The notes beneath the pieces were generated by a model. That model worked only from the letters and a program-made list of their open reading frames with translations. It did not search any database and had not been told where the DNA came from. From an uncultured Candidatus Saccharibacteria bacterium (GTDB taxonomy: Bacteria > Patescibacteriota > Minisyncoccia > Phycocordibacterales > Phycocordibacteraceae), in contig CAYGGK010000001.1 of NCBI GenBank assembly GCA_964349555.1, positions 1-47,485 of the forward strand: a stretch of DNA of 47,485 nt, in the 5' to 3' direction. A program made the translations under genes and the position numbers. How positions within the stretch are numbered: the first letter of the stretch is position 1; every line of letters begins with the position of its first letter. Positions 18,759 through 27,570 of the stretch are shown in pieces.

Positions 18759-19229
18759 ATGACGAAGTATTTTTATAGTGGACTTTTGGCGGTTGCGGTA
18801 GTGGGAATAATGGGCATATTTTTCTATACGACAGTGTCGCTGGAGAAGTTGTCTGCGCACACGGCCGAATTTGGCGGGGTGTCTTTAAAGATTGAATATG
18901 CGACAACCGAAGCGCAGAAAGAGAAGGGACTGAGCGGTCGAGAGAACATTCCAGACGATTACGGCATGCTCTTTATATTTAAAGAAGACTCTCTCCACGG
19001 CTTCTGGATGAAGGATATGCTCGTACCGGTTGATATCTTCTGGCTAGACGCTCAAGGACATGTTGTCTCTATTTCACAGAACGTCGCGACTTCCACCTAT
19101 CCAAGTGTCCTTTATCCGATTGTGTCAGCGCGGTATGTCCTAGAGACTGCCGAGGGCTTCGCGAAAAAACACGACATTACTATCGGCACGCTACTACGGT
19201 TGAAAAATCCACCAAACGTTTCGCAGTAA
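18759..19229 (+). CDS. DUF192 family protein
   Basis: GLSGRE...GMLFIF...FWMKDM..P.DIFWLD...YVLE. Confidence 0.88.
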   Translation: MTKYFYSGLLAVAVVGIMGIFFYTTVSLEKLSAHTAEFGGVSLKIEYATTEAQKEKGLSGRENIPDDYGMLFIFKEDSLHGFWMKDMLVPVDIFWLDAQGHVVSISQNVATSTYPSVLYPIVSARYVLETAEGFAKKHDITIGTLLRLKNPPNVSQ

Positions 19230-19316
19230 CGCTGTCCACAGGGTCTTTTTCGTACGCAGGAGTAAACTGATTGAGAGACAAGTCGCTTTAATAATTTTTT
19301 ACTACATCATCACCCT

Positions 19317-21704
19317 ATGTCCAAGATTGCTAAAGCCCCAGCCCGCTTGAAAGTGCCCGTTGCGAGTGTCCAAAAAGGAGCGGAGACTCCGATTTCAAAA
19401 GAGACGCGTCGGTATCGCGATATGGTCCCGCAAATAGAGAAGCGCGATGGGCGATTGGTACCGTTTGATTTTGATAAAATCGCGAACGCCATTTTGAAGG
19501 CGATGACCGCGTCAGAAGAGGGCGGTCAAGACGACTCTGTTCTCGTGGCGCACCAGGTGGCAGGCGAGCTTGGGCGATTCGCGAAGAAATATAAGAGCTT
19601 TCTGCCGACCGTTGAGGGCATACAAGACTCGGTTGAGAAGTATCTCATCCTTAATGACTATGTGAAGACGGCAAAGACGTACATTTTGTATCGCGACAAA
19701 CGAGCGCAGTTTCGAGCGGCGCATATTGATATCCCGGAGAACGTAAAAAAGTTGACTGAAGAGAGTAAAAAGTATTTTGACGGCAATGCGCTCGGCGAAT
19801 TCGTCTATCTGCGCACCTACGCGAAGTGGATCCCTGAAGAAGGGAGGCGCGAGACATGGATAGAGACGGTGGACCGCTACGTGAACTTCATGCGCGAGAA
19901 CATTGGCGCCAAACTCACTGAAAAAGAATACGCCGAACTGCGTACCGCTATCCTCAAACAAGAAGTGATGCCCTCTATGCGTCTCATGCAGTTCTCGGGA
20001 GAGGCGGCGCGCCGTTGTAACGCGTGCGCTTATAACTGCACCTTCACCGCGCCAGTTAAGCTCACGGATTTTGCAGAAATTATGTATCTCTCCATGCAAG
20101 GGTGTGGCGTCGGCTTCGCCGTTGAAAGCCAAAACATAGAACAGCTCCCGCAAATTTTGAAACAGAAAGGGCAGACGCTCCCGACCCACGTCGTTTCCGA
20201 CTCAAAAGAGGGCTGGTGCGATGCTCTCACCCTCGGGCTCACCACGTGGTATGCGGGGAAGGACATTGTGTTTGATTTCTCACAGATTCGCCCCGTTGGC
20301 TCACGATTGAAGGTGATGGGAGGCAAGGCGTCCGGGCCGGAGCCGCTCCGGTCCCTGCTCGCTTTTGCCCGCGAGAAGATTCTTTCTCGGCAGGGCCGGC
20401 GCCTTCGTTCAATTGATGCGCATGACATCATCTGCAAGATCGGCGAATGTGTGGTCGCTGGCGGCGTACGCCGCACGGCTATGATATCGCTCTCGGATCT
20501 CGATGACGTGGAGATGCGCGACGCAAAGAAGGGTCAATTCTATATGACCGACCCTCATCGCTCCGTCTCGAACAATTCAGCGGTGTACGAGGCGCCACCG
20601 ACGAACACCGAGCTTATGGACGAGTGGGTTGCGCTTATGAAGAGTGGGAGCGGAGAGCGAGGCCTCTTCAATCGCGGGTCGCTCGCGGTCACTCTCCCGA
20701 AGCGTCGAGTCGGATATTTTAAGAAAATTGGCTTTATCGGGGAGGACGGCGTGGTGCAAGGATCAATTGGCACCAATCCATGCGCAGAGATTATTCTGCA
20801 ATCCAAACAGTTCTGTAATCTTTCAGAGGTTATCGCGCGCGCGAGCGACACCGAAGCGTCGCTCGTAAGAAAGGTGCGTCTCGCCGCAATCCTTGGTACG
20901 TATCAGTCAACACTCACGAAGTTCGGGTACATTTCAAAAGAGTGGACTGACAACTGCTCTGCCGAGAGACTGCTCGGGGTGTCGATAACAGGGCAGTGGG
21001 ACTCACCGGTGGCGAGACGGGCAGAAGTGATGCGCAAAGTCCGCGATGTCGCGATAAAAACGAACGTGACCTACGCAAAACGTTTCGGCGTTGAACAGTC
21101 TATGGCCGTAACGGCGGTGAAGCCCTCTGGCACCGTGTCGCAGACATTCAACTGCGCGTCGGGTATCCACCCGCGTCACGCGCCCTACTATATTCGCAGG
21201 GTGCGCATCAATGCGACCGATTCGCTTTTCAAAATGATGCGGGACCAGGGCGTGCCGTATTATCCGGAAGTGGGGCAGTCCATGGAGGAGGCGAACACCT
21301 ACGTGCTCGAGTTCCCGGTCAAAGCACCCGACCACTCCAAAGAGGCGCGATTCAAAGATGATCTCTCGGCGCTGGAACAGCTTGAGTATTGGAAGAAAGT
21401 AAAATTGAATTTTACCGAGCACAATCCGTCGGCGACCATCTCGGTGAGCGAGAATGAATGGATTGTCGTCGTTGATTGGATTCAGAAGAACTGGGACATC
21501 ATCGGTGGACTCTCCTTCCTCCCCCGATCAAACCATGTATATCGTCTCGCCCCTTACGAAGCGATCACGAAAGAGGAATATGAAGACCGCATGAGTCGAT
21601 TCCCTAAAGTTGATTACTCGAAGCTCTATGTATACGAGCGCCAAGACGAGACAGAGATGAAGAAGGAGCTCGCCTGCGCCGGCGGCGTCTGCGAGATAGA
21701 ATAG
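19317..21704 (+). CDS. nrdJ: Class II (adenosylcobalamin-dependent) ribonucleotide reductase with ATP cone
   Basis: KRDGRLVPFDFDKI ATP cone, GGVRRTA, TNPCAEI, KPSGTVS and C-terminal ACAGGVCE; no nrdB nearby. Confidence 0.9.
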   Translation: MSKIAKAPARLKVPVASVQKGAETPISKETRRYRDMVPQIEKRDGRLVPFDFDKIANAILKAMTASEEGGQDDSVLVAHQVAGELGRFAKKYKSFLPTVEGIQDSVEKYLILNDYVKTAKTYILYRDKRAQFRAAHIDIPENVKKLTEESKKYFDGNALGEFVYLRTYAKWIPEEGRRETWIETVDRYVNFMRENIGAKLTEKEYAELRTAILKQEVMPSMRLMQFSGEAARRCNACAYNCTFTAPVKLTDFAEIMYLSMQGCGVGFAVESQNIEQLPQILKQKGQTLPTHVVSDSKEGWCDALTLGLTTWYAGKDIVFDFSQIRPVGSRLKVMGGKASGPEPLRSLLAFAREKILSRQGRRLRSIDAHDIICKIGECVVAGGVRRTAMISLSDLDDVEMRDAKKGQFYMTDPHRSVSNNSAVYEAPPTNTELMDEWVALMKSGSGERGLFNRGSLAVTLPKRRVGYFKKIGFIGEDGVVQGSIGTNPCAEIILQSKQFCNLSEVIARASDTEASLVRKVRLAAILGTYQSTLTKFGYISKEWTDNCSAERLLGVSITGQWDSPVARRAEVMRKVRDVAIKTNVTYAKRFGVEQSMAVTAVKPSGTVSQTFNCASGIHPRHAPYYIRRVRINATDSLFKMMRDQGVPYYPEVGQSMEEANTYVLEFPVKAPDHSKEARFKDDLSALEQLEYWKKVKLNFTEHNPSATISVSENEWIVVVDWIQKNWDIIGGLSFLPRSNHVYRLAPYEAITKEEYEDRMSRFPKVDYSKLYVYERQDETEMKKELACAGGVCEIE

Positions 21705-21711
21705 GGACTTC

Positions 21712-21810
21712 GCGACAAGTGCGATTTTTGAGGATGCATAATTTTCTGCTGAAAATTTGCTCGGCCTCGCGCCGTCGCGCTCCGGAAGCCTCAAAAATCG
21801 CACTTGTCGC
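21712..21810. repeat. Hairpin element with 22-bp perfect inverted repeats
   Basis: GCGACAAGTGCGATTTTTGAGG (21712-21733) pairs with CCTCAAAAATCGCACTTGTCGC (21789-21810). Confidence 0.85.
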
Positions 21811-21886
21811 TCCGTTTGAGACAACAAGGGTGAGCCCTGTCCGTATCGCGCCGTATACACTGGTTCATTCAGCTACTCACCATGAC

Positions 21887-21994
21887 TTGACATGCCGTAT
21901 AGATTGTGTATACTATAAAAATAGTTCTTTGATAGATGCAGTTCGCCACAGCAGAAAGCGGCTCATTCGTTAGGCTTCTCTCTGCTGTGGCGAA
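21887..21994 (+). promoter_or_regulatory. Sigma70 promoter, boxA-like motif and leader hairpin
   Basis: TTGACA-16 nt-TATACT, GTTCTTTGA (21924-21932), and a 14-bp stem TTCGCCACAGCAGA/TCTGCTGTGGCGAA. Confidence 0.65.
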
Positions 21995-22040
21995 ACCCAT
22001 TCGGGTCGAGCCGTACAGCTTTCCCTGAAAGGATAACGCA

Positions 22041-22640
22041 ATGACACCCAATGTCAGGACCCAGTCCATCACCAATGGTCAGATTGGCCAAATCAATGAC
22101 CGACTTGCGACGAAACTCCGCGAGTCCGGCCTCCCGACGGAAGAGGTACAAAAAGTTCTCAAGATGCCGGGGAATGTAGCTATCGATGAAATGGTCGCCG
22201 TCTTCCGCAAGCACGTTGAAGCGCAAAGCGAAATAATCATCCGCCGTGTCCGCGTCGACCGCTCGCGTTCTCCGCGGGAAGCGATCGACGCCACGGGCCG
22301 CAACAAGCACGTGAACGACGACGTTGTCGCAACGATGCCGAAAGGCGAAGGCGACGAAGTTGACGTGCACTTCATCCCGACAAAGCGCCTCGTCCCGGTA
22401 AAAGAGGTTCCGGCGTTCCTCGCGCAATACGGCCTCGTGCCGGACCCGCGCGCTCAGGCTGCAGCGAACGAAGCAGATCCATCCTTCGCCGACGAGCATC
22501 CGAACGGTTCACAGTGGGGCAACGATTGCTGCCTGGCGTTCGGCCGCTGGGGCGACGGGCGGGACGTGGATTGCTGCCGCGACGACTACGGCTGGGACGA
22601 TAGCTGGTTCCTTTGCGGTGTCCCTGCTTCCCGCGAGTAG
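22041..22640 (+). CDS. Putative DGR target protein with C-terminal variable region
   Basis: C-terminal NDCCLAFGRWGDGRDVDCCRDDYGWDDSWFLCGV is built largely from NNC/NNT codons; two hairpins follow the stop. Confidence 0.7.
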   Translation: MTPNVRTQSITNGQIGQINDRLATKLRESGLPTEEVQKVLKMPGNVAIDEMVAVFRKHVEAQSEIIIRRVRVDRSRSPREAIDATGRNKHVNDDVVATMPKGEGDEVDVHFIPTKRLVPVKEVPAFLAQYGLVPDPRAQAAANEADPSFADEHPNGSQWGNDCCLAFGRWGDGRDVDCCRDDYGWDDSWFLCGVPASRE

Positions 22641-22660
22641 TGCTCGGGACTCGGTCGATT

Positions 22661-22731
22661 GGGTCTTTCAGACCCTTGGGATTTAGTCCTTCGCATTTGG
22701 GCTCCGCATCGCTTCATAGCGTGCGGGGCCC
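22661..22731 (+). other. Two stem-loops downstream of the putative VR
   Basis: GGGTCT-TTC-AGACCC and GGGCTCCGCA...TGCGGGGCCC. Confidence 0.65.
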
Positions 22732-22833
22732 TCTCATTTTGATATAATAGAACCTAAGAATACAAGGTTCCACCTTGTATTCAAGAGGAATAAGCAAACA
22801 CCCGCGCAGGAGCGCGGGTGTTTGCATTTGTTT

Positions 22834-23402
22834 GGACCTGGCCGATAAGCCGAATTCTGTACCGATTCTGCCCACCGGAGGTGGTTGCAGAATCGAGTAT
22901 CCCGAGTTTATCGAGGGATTGTGACCCTTCGACTTCGCTAAGGACGCTCGATTTTGCAGCTGCCTGCGGCAGGCAAAATCGGCGACGATCATTTATCTGG
23001 GACGTTCATTACTGAACGCCTCGAGCGGCACCCCGCCAATGCCCCGCATTGGAAGCACGAAGCGCCAAATACGAAGTACCAAAATGAAATGCAGAAAAAT
23101 GCAATTCTTTTGGATTTCGAGCTTGGAATTTCGAATTTCCAGTGCGAAGCACTGGCGGTACGGCCTTGCACAGCGGTAAGGATTTAACCGTTTCATCTTG
23201 AAAGTTACCTTTCAACTCATCCCGCCGACGGCGGGATGCCCGTTTGCTTTCGCTCAGGGCGTCTCTGTTCGCACCTCGCGCCTCGCGGCGTGTGGGTATT
23301 ACCCACTACCATTTTACAAGCTCTTTCTTGAAGAAAGGGCCGGTCTGTGTTCGGACTTTCCTCCCTATCACATGTGGATAGGGTAATCGCCTAGCCAGGT
23401 CC
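22834..23402 (-). ncRNA. rnpB: RNase P RNA, enlarged by insertions
   Basis: Minus strand shows terminal helix GGACCTGGC/GCCAGGTCC, GAGGAAAGTCC and ACAGAATTCGGCTTAT signature segments; terminator-like hairpin at 22794-22825. Confidence 0.95.
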
Positions 23403-23455
23403 GCCTGTAGTATACTACAAGGTATTATCATTGAACAGCATTAATACAATCCATC

Positions 23456-25852
23456 ATGCCCCCGCAACAGTCAGTACGCGCCACCATAGAGTCGTTCCGT
23501 AGCAGGCCGCGCCAATCGCTTGACACGATAAGCGCATGGGCGCTTATCGCCACACTCGTAGTGGCTCTGTTCATATTTGTTCCGTCCGTAGAGGTTCCAT
23601 TCACCGCAACGAAGACATTCTTACTCGCCGTTGGAGCGCTTATCACGCTCGCGCTCTATATTTTGGCTCGTCTCGGACGCGGCAATGTAATCTTCCCGCC
23701 GCCTCTGCTCGTTGGTGCACTCTGGTTGCCAGCCGTTGCGTATTCTCTTTCTACGGCATTTTCCGGCGTTTCGCTCAACGGCGCGCTGTGGGGGTCGGCG
23801 CTTGAGTCTGACACGCTAGGCTTCATGCTCGTCGTTGCCGTTCTCGGCACTCTAGCCGCTCTCATCTTGAGACGCGTTGAACATTACCGCTCATATTTGC
23901 AGGCGGGCGCGTATGCGTTTTGCGCCATCGTGGTGTCGCAGATCATCGTTCTTATTGTCGGGAAGTTCTCTCCCGGGACAATCCCTTCGTCGTTCTCTAT
24001 TGTCGGTTCATACGATGACCTCGCCTTTCTGCTTGGGTTCGGTATCATCGGCACACTCATCACCTTCCGTTTCCTCGAGCTTGAAAAGCGCGCGCGCAGA
24101 GCTCTCACTATCGGCGTGGTTGGGGCACTTTTCATCCTCGCGATCGCGAATGTTTCGCTTGTTTGGATTCTTCTGGCTCTAGCGGCGCTCGGCCTTTTCG
24201 TCGAGGCAGTGATGCAGCGCTCCCCAAGGGCCTCCGACGCAGATCTTGATGAAATAGGGGGCGTGGACGAAACTCCCCTCGGGAATGACGAAGGGAGCCA
24301 TTCGCTTGTTTTGCCGCTCGCGGTGCTCGCCGTGTCGCTTTTCTTCGTTATCGGCGGAACACTCGGGAGCGCCCTCGCGAGCGCGTTCAATGTCAACACA
24401 CTTTCCGTTCGTCCATCGTGGCAATCGACAATCTCGGTTGCACAGAAAACGTATGCCACAGCGCCACTCTTCGGTTCCGGCCCGGGAACCTTCGGTATTG
24501 AATGGCTTAAGTATCGCGACGCGTCACTTAACTCGACGGCGTTCTGGAATGCCGACTTTCCTTCCGGAATAGGCTTCGTCCCGACTTCGTTCGTGACCAC
24601 TGGCGCTCTCGGGGCTCTCGCATGGATCGCGCTTTTCGCTCTCTTTATCCTGTTCGGTCTACGCATGTTCATTCAACGCGCGCCTGAGGACGCCTTTATC
24701 CGCTATGTCGCGATACTCTCGCTTGTTGCATCGCTGTACTTGTTCGCCATAGCGATCTTCGCTTTGCCAGGTTCGGTGGTTCTCGCGCTCGCCTTCGTCT
24801 TCGCAGGGCTCTTCGCTTCCACGGCGCGTTTTGCGGCAGGCGGCTGGCAGTGGGGGGTTGTCTTCTCGCGAAGTCCGCGAGCCGGCTTCATCATCGTGTT
24901 TTCACTCACTATCCTCCTGCTCGCATCGGTTGCCGCCGCATACACGCTCGTTGGGCGCTACATAGCCACGTCCAGTATTGCGGTCGCCAACAACGCGCTT
25001 GTCGCTGGCGATCTCGATGCCGCCGATACGGCCGCGCAAAACTCAATCTCCTTCGCGCCGAGCCCTGCCGCCTATAAGATTCAAGCGGGCATCGCCAACG
25101 CGCGATTAAACCAGATACTCGTCTCCACCACACTGTCGGTATCCGCGGCGCAACAAGCGTTCCAAACGGCGCTCTCAGGGGGCATCAGCGCCGCACTGAC
25201 TGCGACAGGCCTCTCGCCGCTCGATTATCAAAATTGGATCGCTCTCGGGAATCTCTATGCGCAGGCGGTACCGCTTGGCGTTACGGGCGCTTACGAGAGC
25301 GCCAAGGAATCGTACGAAAAGGCGCGAGCTCTGAACCCGACGAATCCTCAGATACCCTACATTCTCGCCCAGCTTGATATCGCCAACAAGAATTACCAGG
25401 GTGCCAAGAGTAACCTGATGGCCGCCATTGCGCTGAAGCAGGACTACACCACCGCCATCTTCCTTCTCTCGCAGTTGGAGGTCCAGGGGGGGAATGTGAA
25501 AGAGGCACTCGCCGCCGCACTCGCCGCCGCTTACTTCACACCGAACGATCCGAATATTCTTTTCCAGATCGGCATCCTGTATGCGGCGCAGAACGACTTC
25601 ACAAACGCCGCGAGCGCGCTTTCTGCGGCGGTTGACGCGAACGCGCAGTTCGCGAACGCACGCTACCTACTCTCGGCCGTGTATGTGAAGCTAGGAGACT
25701 TCCCTAAGGCGCTCGCGCAAATGCAAGCGGTAGCCGCTCTCTCAAGTGAGAATGCGAACGCCGTCGTCTCGCAACTCGCTGATCTTAAGGCAGGAAAGAA
25801 CCCATTCCCCGCAAACCTCCTCTCCATCGCCCCAGCGCCGGTACAACCGTAA
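23456..25852 (+). CDS. Polytopic membrane protein (O-antigen-ligase-like) with C-terminal TPR repeats
   Basis: Many TM segments, PLFGSGPGTF loop and TPR-like repeats (LNPTNP, WIALGNLY). Confidence 0.75.
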   Translation: MPPQQSVRATIESFRSRPRQSLDTISAWALIATLVVALFIFVPSVEVPFTATKTFLLAVGALITLALYILARLGRGNVIFPPPLLVGALWLPAVAYSLSTAFSGVSLNGALWGSALESDTLGFMLVVAVLGTLAALILRRVEHYRSYLQAGAYAFCAIVVSQIIVLIVGKFSPGTIPSSFSIVGSYDDLAFLLGFGIIGTLITFRFLELEKRARRALTIGVVGALFILAIANVSLVWILLALAALGLFVEAVMQRSPRASDADLDEIGGVDETPLGNDEGSHSLVLPLAVLAVSLFFVIGGTLGSALASAFNVNTLSVRPSWQSTISVAQKTYATAPLFGSGPGTFGIEWLKYRDASLNSTAFWNADFPSGIGFVPTSFVTTGALGALAWIALFALFILFGLRMFIQRAPEDAFIRYVAILSLVASLYLFAIAIFALPGSVVLALAFVFAGLFASTARFAAGGWQWGVVFSRSPRAGFIIVFSLTILLLASVAAAYTLVGRYIATSSIAVANNALVAGDLDAADTAAQNSISFAPSPAAYKIQAGIANARLNQILVSTTLSVSAAQQAFQTALSGGISAALTATGLSPLDYQNWIALGNLYAQAVPLGVTGAYESAKESYEKARALNPTNPQIPYILAQLDIANKNYQGAKSNLMAAIALKQDYTTAIFLLSQLEVQGGNVKEALAAALAAAYFTPNDPNILFQIGILYAAQNDFTNAASALSAAVDANAQFANARYLLSAVYVKLGDFPKALAQMQAVAALSSENANAVVSQLADLKAGKNPFPANLLSIAPAPVQP

Positions 25853-25890
25853 ATTCGTCACCTCGTTCATTTGGGAGTAGAATGGGTTGA

Positions 25891-27570
25891 ATGGTTCGAC
25901 GAATGTTAGAACGCATCGCGGCACCAGTACGCGGCCTGCATCAGGCTGCGTACTTGCTCGCCGCACTCACGCTCGCTTCGCAGGCGCTTGCGCTTCTGCG
26001 CGACCGAACCTTTGCCCACACCTTTGGCATTGGAGAGGTGCTTGATCTCTACTACGCGGCATTTCGTGTCCCTGACCTCGTTTTCGCACTCGTCGCATCG
26101 CTCGTGAGCGCCTATATCATCATCCCGCGGATGACAGGAATGGATAGGGAAGAGGTACGGAGACTCCTCGGCGAGTCGGCGACCTTCCTCTTCGGGGTTG
26201 GCGGGCTCATCTGTTTGGTTCTCGCCGTTTTCATGCCGCAGTTTCTCGCATTTCTGTATCCAGACCTCAGTGCTTCGGCGTACCAGTCTGACTTCATTCT
26301 GCTCTCGCGAATCCTGCTTTTCCAACCGATACTGCTCGGGCTCTCTGGCATACTCGGGAGCGTTACGCAGGTACATCGTCGCTTCGTCCTCTTCGCCCTT
26401 TCACCAGTGCTCTACAACGTCGGTATCATTTTTGGTGTCGTTTTCCTCTATCCAAGCCTTGGTCTCCCAGGTATCGGTCTCGGAGTCGTTATCGGCTCAC
26501 TCGCATACCTCGCAGTGAATATTCCGGTCATTATTGGTGCGGGCGTGGTGCCGCGCTTCCGTGTCCCAACGTTCTCGCTTATGGCCCCCCTCATTCGAGA
26601 TTCGATACCACGTTCGCTTGCCCTTGGGCTCGGCTCTGTCACCGCGCTCGCGCTCACCGCGCTAGCTTCAAGAGTCGGCACCGGGGCGGTTTCCGTCTTC
26701 ACCTTTGCAAGCAATCTTGAAGCGGTTCCGCTTGCGCTCATCGGCTCCTCGTACGCCATCGCGGCATTCCCCGCACTCTCCGAAGCGGCGGCGCCGGAGA
26801 AGCGCGACGAATTTACCCGTATTCTTTCTTCAAGCGCCCGCCACATTATCCTCTGGTCAATCGTATCTCTCGGACTCATTATCGTTTTGCGCGCGCATAT
26901 CGTGCGTGTGGTTCTCGGCACTGGCGCCTTCGATTGGGATGCAACGCGTCTCACCGCGGCCCTGCTCGCCGTTCTCGCTATCGGCCTTGTCGCGCAGGGC
27001 CTGGTTATTCTCTTCTCGCGCGCGCTCTACGCGGCACAGCAGTCTTGGAGACCGTTTTTTTACCAACTCTCCGGCGGTGTGCTGACCGTACTTCTCGCGA
27101 TCGTATTCCTTCGCGGTGGAGCCGCCGAACTACCTTCGTCTCTCGCCATTTTTCTGCGCGTTGCGGATGTGCAGGGAACCGCCATTTTGCTTATTGCACT
27201 TGCGGCAACGCTCGGCCAGATATTTTTAGCGGTTCTCTCTCTCGTAGCGCTTCGCAGTGTCGTCCCCGGCCTTCTGCAGACGTTGCGGCGGCCCTTTATC
27301 GACGGATGCGTCGCCGCCGTCGCTGGAGGCGCGGCGGCGTATACCGTTCTTGCACTCGGGGGCAACATCGCCCCGCTCACTACCTTACTGTCAGTTTTCA
27401 TACAGGGGTTTGTTGCCGGCATCATCGGGCTTATCGTTTCCGGTACCATTCTTTTCCTTGTTGAGAATGAAGAATTTCGCATTGTGACAAGCGCACTTGA
27501 GAAGCTGGTGCGCGCACCGAGCGGACGCTCGACCGTTCTCGTTCCTTCAGCAGAGGAGCCGATACACTAA
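25891..27570 (+). CDS. murJ: Lipid II flippase MurJ (MviN)
   Basis: LLRDR..AH.FG...LD.YYAAFRVPD, P.LYNVGII and many TM segments. Confidence 0.9.
   Translation: MVRRMLERIAAPVRGLHQAAYLLAALTLASQALALLRDRTFAHTFGIGEVLDLYYAAFRVPDLVFALVASLVSAYIIIPRMTGMDREEVRRLLGESATFLFGVGGLICLVLAVFMPQFLAFLYPDLSASAYQSDFILLSRILLFQPILLGLSGILGSVTQVHRRFVLFALSPVLYNVGIIFGVVFLYPSLGLPGIGLGVVIGSLAYLAVNIPVIIGAGVVPRFRVPTFSLMAPLIRDSIPRSLALGLGSVTALALTALASRVGTGAVSVFTFASNLEAVPLALIGSSYAIAAFPALSEAAAPEKRDEFTRILSSSARHIILWSIVSLGLIIVLRAHIVRVVLGTGAFDWDATRLTAALLAVLAIGLVAQGLVILFSRALYAAQQSWRPFFYQLSGGVLTVLLAIVFLRGGAAELPSSLAIFLRVADVQGTAILLIALAATLGQIFLAVLSLVALRSVVPGLLQTLRRPFIDGCVAAVAGGAAAYTVLALGGNIAPLTTLLSVFIQGFVAGIIGLIVSGTILFLVENEEFRIVTSALEKLVRAPSGRSTVLVPSAEEPIH

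Noticed and set aside
22714..23386. Several short ORFs on both strands
   Set aside because: They overlap the RNase P RNA gene and its repeat-derived helices.
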